Shown: one piece after another, positions 1 through 8,381 of the stretch
Numbering within the stretch: position 1 is the stretch's first letter
Layout of the letters: each line of letters starts with the position of its first letter
DNA from: an uncultured virus (IMG/VR IMGVR_UViG_3300035696_000032)
Lineage: Duplodnaviria > Heunggongvirae > Uroviricota > Caudoviricetes
IMG/VR virus record: IMGVR_UViG_3300035696_000032
Length of the DNA: 20,000 bases
Strand: one strand, 5' to 3'
Notes under the pieces: generated by a model
Seen by the model: the letters and a program-made list of their open reading frames with translations, nothing else
Told to the model about the DNA's origin: nothing
Database searches by the model: none
Program-made: the position numbers and the translations under genes

Positions 1-249
1 GACGGACGCGATGACCGCGGACCCCGGGGGATTCCAGAGCGCGAGCCCGGTGTACGTCGTCGCGCCGATGAGGGTCAGCGCCTGCACGGACTGGTTCGCC
101 ACCGTGTAGAGACGGTTGTTGTAGTTGCCGGTGAAGCGCCATCCGTGGTCGTTCGCGGCCACGACGCCGCCCTGCTGGTCCATACGGGCCGCGCCCGGAG
201 AACCGATGCCCAGTTGCTGCTCACCAACGACGCCTTCCGCTAGAACCAT
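1..249 (-). CDS. Hypothetical protein, probably virion structural (N-terminal part; runs off the window)
   Basis: ATG at 249 preceded by GAGGTGGTGAAAG. Open to the window edge: MVLAEGVVGEQQLGIGSPGAARMDQQGG...YTGLALWNPPGSAVIASV. Not in the ORF track. Confidence 0.7.
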   Translation of the reverse strand, partial: MVLAEGVVGEQQLGIGSPGAARMDQQGGVVAANDHGWRFTGNYNNRLYTVANQSVQALTLIGATTYTGLALWNPPGSAVIASV

Positions 250-260
250 CTTTCACCACC

Positions 261-617
261 TCACCGTCGAATGGACGTCCCGGTCCGGAGATACTCCCGG
301 GCCTTTTGAACCTTGACCACATCCTCTGTGTAACGTCGGTCGAACTGCGTGAGGAAAATCTCCTCCTGCATCGCCCGCTGCTGGTACGGGTCGACGTGAA
401 GCTCGCCCAGGTTGCTGACGTAGGCGAGGTTGTTCGGCGCGTTCGGGTCGCCGAGGTGAACGACCTCGGCCTCCTCGTAGTTGTAGGCGCCCACGACAGG
501 GTCGAAGATAATCCACAGCCGCGTTCGCATCTTCTTGCCGGTGGAGTCCGGCGGAAGACCGATGTAGTCTTCCTCGGAGCCCGGGAACAGTTGCTGGAAG
601 TCCGGATTGTAAGCCAT
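261..617 (-). CDS. Hypothetical protein (118 aa), possible virion/tail-associated
   Basis: GGTGAG SD before ATG, protein-like composition, and co-directional tight packing with its neighbours. Confidence 0.75.
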   Translation of the reverse strand: MAYNPDFQQLFPGSEEDYIGLPPDSTGKKMRTRLWIIFDPVVGAYNYEEAEVVHLGDPNAPNNLAYVSNLGELHVDPYQQRAMQEEIFLTQFDRRYTEDVVKVQKAREYLRTGTSIRR

Positions 618-618
618 C

Positions 619-921
619 TCACCAGGTCACCAGGAAGACGCGCGCGGGAGAGCAGTAGCAACGCACCGGGGCGTCGCCGTGCTCCGTCGAGCCGATGATG
701 GAGATGGTGTCCGAGCACTTCGGGCAGTCGGCAGTGATGCGCCAAATCGCCTTGCCCTTCATGGAGCCGTCCTCGGTCTGGGTCGCGGCGACCGCCGTCC
801 CCGCGACCTTCGTCCACGCGAACTTCCGTCCGGTGGCGCCGTCGACTGGGGCGGGGGCCGAACCGGTCCACGCTTCGGGGGGGAGGCTCGGGGCTTCTGC
901 GGGGATGGCCTTGTGCGGCAT
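619..921 (-). CDS. Small protein with C-terminal Zn-ribbon (CPKC...CYC), 100 aa
   Basis: Start reassigned to ATG 921 (MPHKAIPAEAP...), just downstream of the stop of the preceding gene. The longer 619..1377 ORF overlaps that gene. Confidence 0.7.
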   Translation of the reverse strand: MPHKAIPAEAPSLPPEAWTGSAPAPVDGATGRKFAWTKVAGTAVAATQTEDGSMKGKAIWRITADCPKCSDTISIIGSTEHGDAPVRCYCSPARVFLVTW

Positions 922-923
922 GT

Positions 924-1532
924 TCAGCTCCAGGTGTAGGTGAGGGTCGCCGCGGCGGTTCCGCTCGCGGAGACGGCCTGACCCGTGAAGACGTCGTGGG
1001 TGATGGCGAAGGTCGAGTTGCTCGCCATGCCCGCCGTCGTCGTGATGTAGAGGGCAAGCTCGGTGATGGTGACGGTTCCGGCCGTGGTGTTGTTCCAGGT
1101 CGCGGTGACGGTGAACGTACCGCTCGCGCCGCCCGCGACGATGGCCGTGACGGAGGCGCCGACCGGGTTGGTGGCGCCGCCGGCCGACGTGCCGATGACG
1201 TAGTCGGACCACGTCGCCGCGGTGCCGTTCGTGCCGAACGCGATGGCCGGGGTGCCCGCGAGGACCTGCGCGGTCTGCGCGTGCGACGCCCCGCTCGTGT
1301 CCTTGAAGGACAGCCCGGAGACGTTGAGCTGGCTGACGACAAAGAACTGCGCCGACTGGAGCAGCGTCATGTCGCACTCCTTGTCGAACGTGCTCGTGAC
1401 CTTACCGTCCGCGTCACGGCACACGAGGTTCAGATGGGCACTCACGTTCCCCTTTGCAGCCAGGCTGGGCCCGGGCGAAACAACGGCCCTCTCCCCCGCT
1501 CCCCCGCCGGGCGTATCAACAGCCGACGACAT
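924..1532 (-). CDS. Ala/Thr/Gly-rich beta-strand protein, putative virion (tail/fibre-type) protein
   Basis: ATG 1532 preceded by GGAGGAG. Small-residue-rich beta-strand pattern (FTVTATWNN, VTITELALYI, TLTYTWS). Function is inferred from composition only. Confidence 0.65.
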   Translation of the reverse strand: MSSAVDTPGGGAGERAVVSPGPSLAAKGNVSAHLNLVCRDADGKVTSTFDKECDMTLLQSAQFFVVSQLNVSGLSFKDTSGASHAQTAQVLAGTPAIAFGTNGTAATWSDYVIGTSAGGATNPVGASVTAIVAGGASGTFTVTATWNNTTAGTVTITELALYITTTAGMASNSTFAITHDVFTGQAVSASGTAAATLTYTWS

Positions 1533-1582
1533 CGTCTCCTCCACCCGGTTGACGCTATTTGAGCCCTAGGTCGATGGAGAGG

Positions 1583-1653
1583 TAGGCCCGGGGAGAGTCG
1601 AACCCCCTTCTCCAATTTATCAGAATGGTGTCCTGCCGTTAGACGACGGGCCC
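1583..1653 (-). tRNA. tRNA-Ile (anticodon GAT)
   Basis: Minus strand: GGGCCCG tc GTC taacggcag GAC a CCATT ctGATaa ATTGG agaa GGGGG ttcgact CTCCC CGGGCCT A (followed by CC). One T:T mismatch in the anticodon stem. Confidence 0.85.
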
Positions 1654-1666
1654 GTTGCGATGCGAA

Positions 1667-1740
1667 TGGGCGCGGCGAGAATCGAACTCGCGTCTACGTC
1701 AGCTTATAAGGCTGGAGCAAGACCACTATGCGACGCGCCC
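1667..1740 (-). tRNA. tRNA-Ile (anticodon TAT)
   Basis: Minus strand: GGGCGCG tc GCA tagtggtct TGC t CCAGC ctTATaa GCTGA cgtagac GCGAG ttcgatt CTCGC CGCGCCC A. Perfect acceptor and T stems, C:A at the top of the anticodon stem, 7-nt variable region. Confidence 0.85.
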
Positions 1741-1807
1741 GCTCGGCCGAATCAGCGGACCGTCGCGTATGCGGGGCGTCACGAGGGGATGAACGGGCTC
1801 CCGCTAC

Positions 1808-2503
1808 TTAACGGTCGCGGAGCCGCACGACCCGTCGGGTGCGCCGCCCCATGAACGAACGGTCCTCGACCTGGGTCACGAGGTAGCCCGCCTTGCTGAA
1901 CGAGATGACCTCGCCCTCGCCGATGTACTGGGAGAGGATGGAGACGTTCGTGCCGTAGCGGGTCGAGCAGATGAGCGTGGTCTCGCCCATGACGGCCTTC
2001 TCCGAGGCGCTCCAGGAGACCGGGCGCTCGCACTTCAACGTCCGGCCGGCCTTCGTGTCGAGGAAGCGCGGCTGCTCCCGGTAGATGAGCATCGGCTCGT
2101 CGCGCTCGAAGGTCGCAAGTTGCATGACGGCGGGCTTGAGGTCGGCGGGGAGCTTGTTGAACTTCCCATGCTGGAACCAGGTCGGCTGCATCGCGTCGAC
2201 CAACGGGACGAGGTTGTAACGGACCCACTGCTCCTTGATTTGCGGCCGAAGTCCCTGGAGGAGAAACGAGCGGAGCCCGGAGTAGCCCTCCTGGAAGGGC
2301 ATGTCCATCTCGTGCTGCTGCGCCTCCTCGATGGTCGTCCCGGCCTTCGCGTACTGTTCCTTCAGCTTCGGGTCCATCTCGGCGAGCTTGCGGAAGCCCT
2401 CCTGCGTCTGCTGATGGAACTCCTGGAAGCGTTCGTCGGCGACCTCGTTGACGCGGCGCGAGAGGGCGTCGATGACGAGGACCTGCTGGGGAGTCAGCCG
2501 CAC
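1808..2503 (-). CDS. Hypothetical protein (231 aa)
   Basis: Globular protein-like translation. GTG start with a TATA-like CTTGAATAG about 25 nt upstream on the minus strand. Divergent from NADAR. Confidence 0.75.
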   Translation of the reverse strand: MRLTPQQVLVIDALSRRVNEVADERFQEFHQQTQEGFRKLAEMDPKLKEQYAKAGTTIEEAQQHEMDMPFQEGYSGLRSFLLQGLRPQIKEQWVRYNLVPLVDAMQPTWFQHGKFNKLPADLKPAVMQLATFERDEPMLIYREQPRFLDTKAGRTLKCERPVSWSASEKAVMGETTLICSTRYGTNVSILSQYIGEGEVISFSKAGYLVTQVEDRSFMGRRTRRVVRLRDR

Positions 2504-2551
2504 CCTGAGGCCAGGAGGCCCGGACTATTCAAGACCCGCGCCGCCGCGACC

Positions 2552-2561
2552 TATTTATATA
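2552..2561 (+). promoter_or_regulatory. Archaeal-type TATA box TATTTATATA (NADAR operon)
   Basis: AT-only island in GC-rich DNA, 31 nt before ATG 2583. The same motif recurs before other operons. Confidence 0.7.
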
Positions 2562-2582
2562 TCACGCTACCTGAGCCTAATC

Positions 2583-3038
2583 ATGGAGGCTGCCGCGGTC
2601 CCGGCCATCACCCGGTTCCGTGGTGACTACCACTTTCTCTCGAACTTCTACGAGGCGGACGTGCCGTACGGTGGGAAGCTCTACCCGACGGCCGAGCACG
2701 CCTACCAGGCCGCCAAGACCGGCGACCCCGAGGTGAAGGAGGCCATCCGGAGGGCCAAGACGCCGGGCGAGGCGAAGCGGATGGGGCGGCGCGCGGCGCG
2801 GCGGCTTGACTGGCTCGAAGTCCGACGGTCCATTATGTACGCCGTCGTGCAGGCGAAGTTCCTCCGCCATGCCGACCTGCGCCAGAAGCTGCTCGACACC
2901 GGGGATGCCGTGCTCATCGAGGGCAACGACTGGGGCGACAGGTACTGGGGCATGGTCGAGAACGAGGCGGGCACCTTGAAAGGGGAAAACCACCTCGGTC
3001 AGATTCTCATGCGGGTTCGAGCGGAGTTGCGACGATGA
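2583..3038 (+). CDS. NADAR (YbiA-like) family protein
   Basis: Motifs FLSNFY, YPTAEHAYQAAK, AKRMGR, MYAVVQAKF, LLDTGDAVLIEGNDWGDRYWG, GENHLGQILMRVR. Start moved to ATG 2583 (leaderless, after the TATA box). Confidence 0.93.
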   Translation: MEAAAVPAITRFRGDYHFLSNFYEADVPYGGKLYPTAEHAYQAAKTGDPEVKEAIRRAKTPGEAKRMGRRAARRLDWLEVRRSIMYAVVQAKFLRHADLRQKLLDTGDAVLIEGNDWGDRYWGMVENEAGTLKGENHLGQILMRVRAELRR

Positions 3039-3616
3039 AGCCGTGGACGAAGAAGCAGCAGCGCGAGTACGGTCTGAAAATCCTGTGGGACGAGCATCGG
3101 AGGCTCCTCTCCGCCTACCTGTGGGCCCACCGGTACTTCGAGAGCCGCGGCGACGACCCGAACACCTACATGGTCCCGAAGGACGGCTCGCTCGACCCGA
3201 TGCGGACTGCCAAGAGCGCCATCCAGGCGCAACTCAGCGAGAACGCCACCGCGCTCTACAAGGCGATGGGCCTGAAGGACGAGGGTCGGCAGTGCCGATA
3301 CTGCCTCGTCCGCCCGGCCACCCACTTTTACGCCGGGCACTTCCTCGGTCCCCGCTACGGGGAGATGGGCCAGTCCGGCTGCGCCGACCCCGCCTGCGAC
3401 AAGACCTGCGACGTGTGGGGCGGCAGCATCGGCTACGCTCGGCGCCATCCGTACTACTGGGTCACGGAGACGAGCAAGCACGGGAAGCGCCGGTACCAGC
3501 AGGCCGACCGGGAGAAGGCCGAACTCCTCGTGGACGGCAAGTGGGTCCGTGGCAAGTGGAACCCCGACGTGGTCGAGAAGGGCGTCCACATGGGCGGCCG
3601 TTGGGAGCCCGCGTAG
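3035..3616 (+). CDS. Hypothetical protein with Cys motifs (CRYC...CADPAC)
   Basis: ATGA overlap with the NADAR stop; protein-like translation. Confidence 0.75.
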   Translation: MKPWTKKQQREYGLKILWDEHRRLLSAYLWAHRYFESRGDDPNTYMVPKDGSLDPMRTAKSAIQAQLSENATALYKAMGLKDEGRQCRYCLVRPATHFYAGHFLGPRYGEMGQSGCADPACDKTCDVWGGSIGYARRHPYYWVTETSKHGKRRYQQADREKAELLVDGKWVRGKWNPDVVEKGVHMGGRWEPA

Positions 3617-3619
3617 GCA

Positions 3620-3629
3620 TATTTATATA
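3620..3629 (+). promoter_or_regulatory. TATA box TATTTATATA
   Basis: Intergenic, upstream of GGAGG SD and ATG 3661. Confidence 0.65.
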
Positions 3630-3660
3630 TGTCAGAACCCATGTCCAATATGGAGGAACC

Positions 3661-3864
3661 ATGAGCATCCCCACACCCCCGGCTCCCGGGCCGCAGGGCC
3701 CTGGTCACGAGTGCTTCGACTGCGGGTCTTCTTGCAAGACCTGCTGGCGACTCACGAGCGATAATCAGTGGGTCCACAAGGGCGACCCGTGGACGTGCCG
3801 CTGCCCTGCCTGTCCGATTTCTCGGTCGCCCATTCCGAACGAACTGCCCCCTCCGGTCCAGTGA
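3661..3864 (+). CDS. Small Cys/Pro-rich Zn-binding protein (67 aa)
   Basis: GGAGG SD, ATG 3661; CFDC, CKTC, CRCPAC. It is the C-terminal part of track ORF 3043..3864. Confidence 0.7.
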   Translation: MSIPTPPAPGPQGPGHECFDCGSSCKTCWRLTSDNQWVHKGDPWTCRCPACPISRSPIPNELPPPVQ

Positions 3865-3866
3865 CC

Positions 3867-4211
3867 ATGCGCGTGCGGCGCGTCGGCCTTCTGAGGAAGC
3901 AGGACCCGGCCCTGCGGAAGCCCTCGCCGGCTTCCCTTCGGACGGACCGCCTCATGGAACGACTCCACGCCGCGAAGGCGAAGGACTTCATCTGGAAGGA
4001 GACGTGGCAGGAGTTCGCGCGGCTCTCGAACAACGAGCCCGACATCTACGGGCGACGCATCTTCACCCCGCTCGCCACCGACAAGGCGGCCTACGTCGCC
4101 AAGGTCTGCCACCGCGCGTACCTCCGCGGCGTGCTTCCGATGGGCCGCTCCTGGTCGTATCTCTCGGGGGCCATCCGTATGATATTTCACGAACTGGAGC
4201 AGAGTCCATGA
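3867..4211 (+). CDS. Hypothetical basic protein
   Basis: Starts at ATG 3867 (or GTG 3861 overlapping the previous stop). ATGA overlap with the next gene. Confidence 0.65.
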   Translation: MRVRRVGLLRKQDPALRKPSPASLRTDRLMERLHAAKAKDFIWKETWQEFARLSNNEPDIYGRRIFTPLATDKAAYVAKVCHRAYLRGVLPMGRSWSYLSGAIRMIFHELEQSP

Positions 4212-4615
4212 AACTCCCTCCCCGCCCCCGCAAGGGAACGAAGTGCCGCAGCCACAAGTGCCGGCGGCCTGCGACGGAGTTCGACTACCTCGGGCACCTC
4301 GTCCGCGGCTACAAGAAGCTCCCGAAGCGCCGGATGATGGCCTGGGAGCGCCTGCCGTACTGCACCGTCCACGGCCTCGCCAACCGGTTCGGCCTTGACG
4401 CCTACAAGTGCCCGAGCCGAGAGTGCCTTCGGAACCGGTTGGTCGCCGCCGGGGGCTGGCTCAACTCGCGGACGCACCCGGAGGACCTCTACGTCTACAT
4501 CCCCGCCGAGGCCACGCTGGTCGAGCCGCCGACGGTCGAGGAAGGTCCGAAGCCCATCCCACCGGCGAAGGTCCACTGCCCCTGGTGCGGCACGCTGATG
4601 CGCGAGGTGCGCTGA
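4208..4615 (+). CDS. Cys-rich Zn-binding protein (135 aa)
   Basis: ATGA overlap at 4208-4211; CRSHKC...CTVH, CPSREC...CPWCG. Confidence 0.75.
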   Translation: MKLPPRPRKGTKCRSHKCRRPATEFDYLGHLVRGYKKLPKRRMMAWERLPYCTVHGLANRFGLDAYKCPSRECLRNRLVAAGGWLNSRTHPEDLYVYIPAEATLVEPPTVEEGPKPIPPAKVHCPWCGTLMREVR

Positions 4616-4620
4616 CCCAC

Positions 4621-4630
4621 TATTTATTTA
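4621..4630 (+). promoter_or_regulatory. TATA box TATTTATTTA
   Basis: Intergenic; 32 nt before in-frame ATG 4653, with AGGTGA SD before ATG 4641. Confidence 0.6.
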
Positions 4631-4640
4631 AGGTGAAACC

Positions 4641-5012
4641 ATGACCGATGCGATGAAGACCCCGGCCAAGCCTCCCCGCCCTAAGAAGCAGAACTCCGCG
4701 CCCCGGCTGATTCAGCTTCCGGAGGACGTCTCGAAGTGGCTGGGGAAGCACCCCGACTTCAACCTCTCAGAGTTCGTTCGTGAGGAATGGCGCCGATGGA
4801 ACTCGGACGGCCGCACGGACTGGCCGGTCGGCCAGCACCGCGGTCGACTTCCCGACGGCGTACCTCGGCCCGTCCGCGTCGTGACGACCGTCGCACTCGA
4901 CCCGGCCATCGTCCACCAAATCGACCGGCTGCGGAAGCGGAAGCCGAGCTTCAACATGAGCGCCTGGGTCGAGCAGATTATCCGGGAGAAGGTCGGCCTC
5001 CCGGCCTCGTGA
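4641..5012 (+). CDS. Tandem ribbon-helix-helix DNA-binding protein
   Basis: Two RHH-like repeats: LIQLPEDVSKWL...FNLSEFVREEW and TTVALDPAIVHQID...FNMSAWVEQIIREK. Confidence 0.7.
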   Translation: MTDAMKTPAKPPRPKKQNSAPRLIQLPEDVSKWLGKHPDFNLSEFVREEWRRWNSDGRTDWPVGQHRGRLPDGVPRPVRVVTTVALDPAIVHQIDRLRKRKPSFNMSAWVEQIIREKVGLPAS

Positions 5013-5383
5013 CGCTCAGGACGCGCTGGCTCCGCGTGGAGGGTGGCGTGACGAAGGCGCTTCCCCGCCTGGACAAGATGGCGTTGGCCCGTGAGGAGCA
5101 GGCCCATCGTGACCTCGAAGCCAAGGTCAAGTGGCGGTACTGGGTCTTCATCGAGGGCGGGCTACCGGTCCCGGTCTCCGAGGGCTACTGCCCGATGTGC
5201 AAGGTCTACGTTTTTCGCTATTGGCATAATCCCGGCCATGAGCATATCTACCAGTGGCCGAACGAGACGACCAAAAAGGGCAAGCGCATCGTGGTCACGA
5301 TGGGCGACCTCCCCGTCGAGTACGAGCCGATGACCTACGTCGAGATGCTGGAGCGCGTGGTTCAAGACCATCCGCCGGAATAG
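5009..5383 (+). CDS. Hypothetical protein with CPMC...HxxxH motif
   Basis: GTGA overlap at 5009-5012 (alternative GTG at 5048 with SD). C-terminal part of track ORF 4787..5383. Confidence 0.65.
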   Translation: MTLRTRWLRVEGGVTKALPRLDKMALAREEQAHRDLEAKVKWRYWVFIEGGLPVPVSEGYCPMCKVYVFRYWHNPGHEHIYQWPNETTKKGKRIVVTMGDLPVEYEPMTYVEMLERVVQDHPPE

Positions 5384-5389
5384 GGGAAC

Positions 5390-7849
5390 GTGCCCGCCCT
5401 CCTCGGACAGTGGAACGTCTCCGGGGCCTTCGGTACTGTCCTTCTCAACGTCACCGTCGCCATCGACGACTCGGTGAACCCGCACAAGGTCGGTGTCGGC
5501 TTTCAGTGGGAGCCGCGCGAGAGTGAGGACGGGCGTCGCCTCGTCTCCGGCTCGAACGGTCTCATCGACACGCTCCGCGTCTCCACGGACCTGCCCGACG
5601 GGCCGCTCACCTACGAGGCGAAGACAGGGCGACACTGGTTCCCCTGGACGGAGGTGCACCGCGCGGGCTTCTGGCGGTGGCTCCAGGAGTGGGTCGGGCG
5701 CGGGCTTTCGTCGATGCAGGTCGCCGTGCTCGTGCGCGAGTTGAATCAGTTCCCTCCTCTCTTCATCATCCCCTCGGTGACGCGCGTGCCGCAGGCCATC
5801 GGCTCCATCCCCGCGGGCTCGCTCATCCAACTCAGCAACGTGGAGCACTGCTCGGAGCGCATCTGGGAGCAGCTTCGGCAGGTCCCTGGCGTATTCGTCC
5901 TGACGGCGAGCGGGACACCGCAGCCCATCACGAGCAACTGGGTCGAGACGTTCATCGAGCGACGCGGCCTGAAGCCGAGCCCGGCGTTCGTCTCGGCCAT
6001 CCATGTCGACGCCGTGGCTCGGCTCTTCCCAGAAATCAAGGCTCAGCAGCAGCAAATCCGGCGAGACATCGGCCTCGACTATCCGATGTACCCGCCGCAG
6101 GCGTTCCCGCTCCCGGGGCGCGACCCGTTCACGCGGCAGCACTTCCAACTCTACCCGTACCAGGCTGGCGGCGTCTCGAAGTTCCTGGCGATGCGCCGTC
6201 TCGTTTTGAACATGGAAATGGGACTCGGGAAGACGATGGCGGGCCTGGCGGCGGCCGAGACCCTCTTCGCGCAGCGGGCCGTTGACCGTTGCGTCATCAT
6301 CTCTCCGCGCCGGGCCCAGCGGACCGTGTGGGAACGGTTCCTGATGATGTACTACGGCAAGAAGGCCGTCGTCATCGACGGCGGGCCGAAGGAGCGCCGG
6401 GTCCAGTATGCCCACGCGATGCGCTCGCCGTACGTCATCACGCGCTACGACACCTGGCGGCTCGCCGACGCGCAAATCGGGCTTGCCAGCCTGCTCGGCC
6501 CTCGGACGATGGTCATCATCGACGAGTGCCACCGAGTGAAGAACCAGGACACGGCGCGGCACAAGGCCATCTTCGAGATGCTCGAAGGGACGCGCTGGAC
6601 GGGCCTCAAGTACGAGCGGATGCCCCAGTGGTCGACGCCCTACCGCCTCCTGATGACGGGGACGATGGTCCACGACAAGCCGGTCGACGTCTACGGACCG
6701 GTGACGATGCTCGGTTGGCGCGTCTGGAACAACTACAACGAGTTCGCGCGGACCTACTTCCACATGCGGACCGTGCAGTCGGCGCGGGTCGACAAGCGCA
6801 CGGGCCAGCGCCGGACGATGCAGAAAGCAACACGGCTCCGCCCCGACAAGGTCGCAGACCTTCAGGCCGTGCTCTCGTCCGTGACGTACACGAGGACCGT
6901 CGCGGACGTCGGGCTGCAACTACCGCCCATCACGCGCATGAACCTGGTCATCGACCCGACGCCGGCGGAGTTGGCCGCCTACCGCGTCATCAAGGGCGAG
7001 GTGTTCCGGTTCCTCGACTCGCTCGAATCGCTCCAGAAGAAGGCGCAGGCGATGCCGACCGAGCGGCAGCGCGCCGAGGCCCAGGCCGCCTTCGACGCCG
7101 CCTCGCACAACCTGCTCGCCACGATGGCCTTCGAGCGGATGTTCTCCTCGGACCCCGTCCTCCTCCTCTACTCGGCGAGCCAACGCGACGGCTACGGTCG
7201 CTTCGTCCCCGGCAGCGGGAGCGAGATAGCCGACCGGCTCGTGTTGCAGATTGGCCGGGACGTCCTGACGGCGCTCAGCCCCGGCTCGAAGCTCTCGGCG
7301 CTCATGGAGTGGCTCACGGACTTCCTTCAGCAGGGCCGGGGCGCGAAGTGCGTCGTGTTCTGCTCGTTCCAACGGCTCTTCCAGTTCCTTCAGCAGGTCG
7401 TCCGGACGCCGCTCCCCGCGATGTCGAACGAGGACTACGCCGAGTTCCGATACGTGATGTCGCAGTCCCTCTTCTTCGACGGGAGCAAGACCGACGCGCA
7501 GGGCGATGCCGTGGTCCGAGCGTTCACGAACGAGCAGCGCCACCGCGTCCTTTTCTGCACGGCGGCCGGCGGCGAGGGGCAGAACTTCCAGGTCGCGGAC
7601 TACGTCGTGCACTTCGACGAGCCGCTCTCCATCGGCGACCTCCAGCAGCGCGAGGCGCGGGTGGTCGGAGGGCTACGCCGGTCCGGCGGGCGGCCTGCGT
7701 TCATCTCGACCATGCGCTTCGCTCCGGCGGTCGAGCTTCAGAGCCTCCTCGATTCTCGGCTCGCGCGCTTCGTCGACCCCCGAATCCGGGCCCTCCTCGC
7801 GGGGAAGAGCCAGGAGAAGACCATCCTGATGCGGGGCGTGCGGTCGTAG
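5390..7849 (+). CDS. SNF2-family (SF2) helicase/translocase
   Basis: Q motif LYPYQ, Walker A MEMGLGKT, IIDECHRVKN, LLMTGT (III), VVFCSF (IV), TAAGGEGQNFQVADYVVHFD (V), QQREAR (divergent VI). Confidence 0.92.
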   Translation: MPALLGQWNVSGAFGTVLLNVTVAIDDSVNPHKVGVGFQWEPRESEDGRRLVSGSNGLIDTLRVSTDLPDGPLTYEAKTGRHWFPWTEVHRAGFWRWLQEWVGRGLSSMQVAVLVRELNQFPPLFIIPSVTRVPQAIGSIPAGSLIQLSNVEHCSERIWEQLRQVPGVFVLTASGTPQPITSNWVETFIERRGLKPSPAFVSAIHVDAVARLFPEIKAQQQQIRRDIGLDYPMYPPQAFPLPGRDPFTRQHFQLYPYQAGGVSKFLAMRRLVLNMEMGLGKTMAGLAAAETLFAQRAVDRCVIISPRRAQRTVWERFLMMYYGKKAVVIDGGPKERRVQYAHAMRSPYVITRYDTWRLADAQIGLASLLGPRTMVIIDECHRVKNQDTARHKAIFEMLEGTRWTGLKYERMPQWSTPYRLLMTGTMVHDKPVDVYGPVTMLGWRVWNNYNEFARTYFHMRTVQSARVDKRTGQRRTMQKATRLRPDKVADLQAVLSSVTYTRTVADVGLQLPPITRMNLVIDPTPAELAAYRVIKGEVFRFLDSLESLQKKAQAMPTERQRAEAQAAFDAASHNLLATMAFERMFSSDPVLLLYSASQRDGYGRFVPGSGSEIADRLVLQIGRDVLTALSPGSKLSALMEWLTDFLQQGRGAKCVVFCSFQRLFQFLQQVVRTPLPAMSNEDYAEFRYVMSQSLFFDGSKTDAQGDAVVRAFTNEQRHRVLFCTAAGGEGQNFQVADYVVHFDEPLSIGDLQQREARVVGGLRRSGGRPAFISTMRFAPAVELQSLLDSRLARFVDPRIRALLAGKSQEKTILMRGVRS

Positions 7850-7852
7850 CCG

Positions 7853-7999
7853 ATGGGCGCCGTCAAGTCGGAGCACCCGGTAAAGACCCGATACTGCCGC
7901 TACTGCCATCGGTGGATTCGGACCACCAAGTACGGATGGCGCGTGCACGTTCAGAAGCACCGGCCCTGGACATCGGTCTCGCGGCACCGCGCGACCTGA
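7853..7999 (+). CDS. Small C2H2 zinc-finger protein (48 aa)
   Basis: MGAVKSEHPVKTRYCRYCHRWIRTTKYGWRVHVQKH...: CxxC-x13-HxxxH. Starts 3 nt after the helicase stop; below the ORF-track cutoff. Confidence 0.7.
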   Translation: MGAVKSEHPVKTRYCRYCHRWIRTTKYGWRVHVQKHRPWTSVSRHRAT

Positions 8000-8006
8000 G
8001 TCCGAT

Positions 8007-8016
8007 TATTTATCTA
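8007..8016 (+). promoter_or_regulatory. TATA box TATTTATCTA
   Basis: Intergenic; 33 nt before ATG 8040. Confidence 0.6.
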
Positions 8017-8027
8017 CCTGAGGAGCC

Positions 8028-8381
8028 GTGTCCGTCCCGATGCCCGGACCGGTCCGATTCAACATGCAGTGCCGGCTTTGCGGCTTTCACCGAACGGTCT
8101 CCATCTCCGGCACGGTTCGCCCCGACATGACCGAGGAGCAGGCGAAGCTCGCCATCACGGAGCAGACGGTGCGGGCCGAGGACAACTTCTTCCGTGACCA
8201 CTGGAAGAGGGAGCACCCGGCCGAGGCCGAGGAAATCGCCCACCACATCGAGCAGGTGGCGAAGCTCGCGCGGGTGACGACCTACCACAAGCGCGTGCTC
8301 GACAGCCGCGTCGAGGGCCAGGGCGAGGTCCCGCTGACCGGGGAGCAGCCGCCCCCCGCGCCGCCGCCGTCTACCCCTTAG
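8028..8381 (+). CDS. Hypothetical protein with split Zn-finger (CRLC...HWKREH)
   Basis: GAGGAG SD before GTG 8028 (or leaderless ATG 8040). Converges on DUF5131. Confidence 0.7.
   Translation: MSVPMPGPVRFNMQCRLCGFHRTVSISGTVRPDMTEEQAKLAITEQTVRAEDNFFRDHWKREHPAEAEEIAHHIEQVAKLARVTTYHKRVLDSRVEGQGEVPLTGEQPPPAPPPSTP

Noticed and set aside
1583..1740. tRNAs as a prophage attachment site or host boundary
   Set aside because: Virus-like genes lie on both sides, and no integrase or duplicated tRNA 3' end is seen in the window.
5162..8130. Long alternative ORFs (5162..6919 minus, 6289..8130 plus, 6920..7612 minus)
   Set aside because: Shadow frames of the SNF2 gene caused by high GC; Arg/Pro/Gly-rich with no motifs. 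The same applies to most overlapping track ORFs elsewhere, such as 221..1342, 10848..12029 and 16926..17831.
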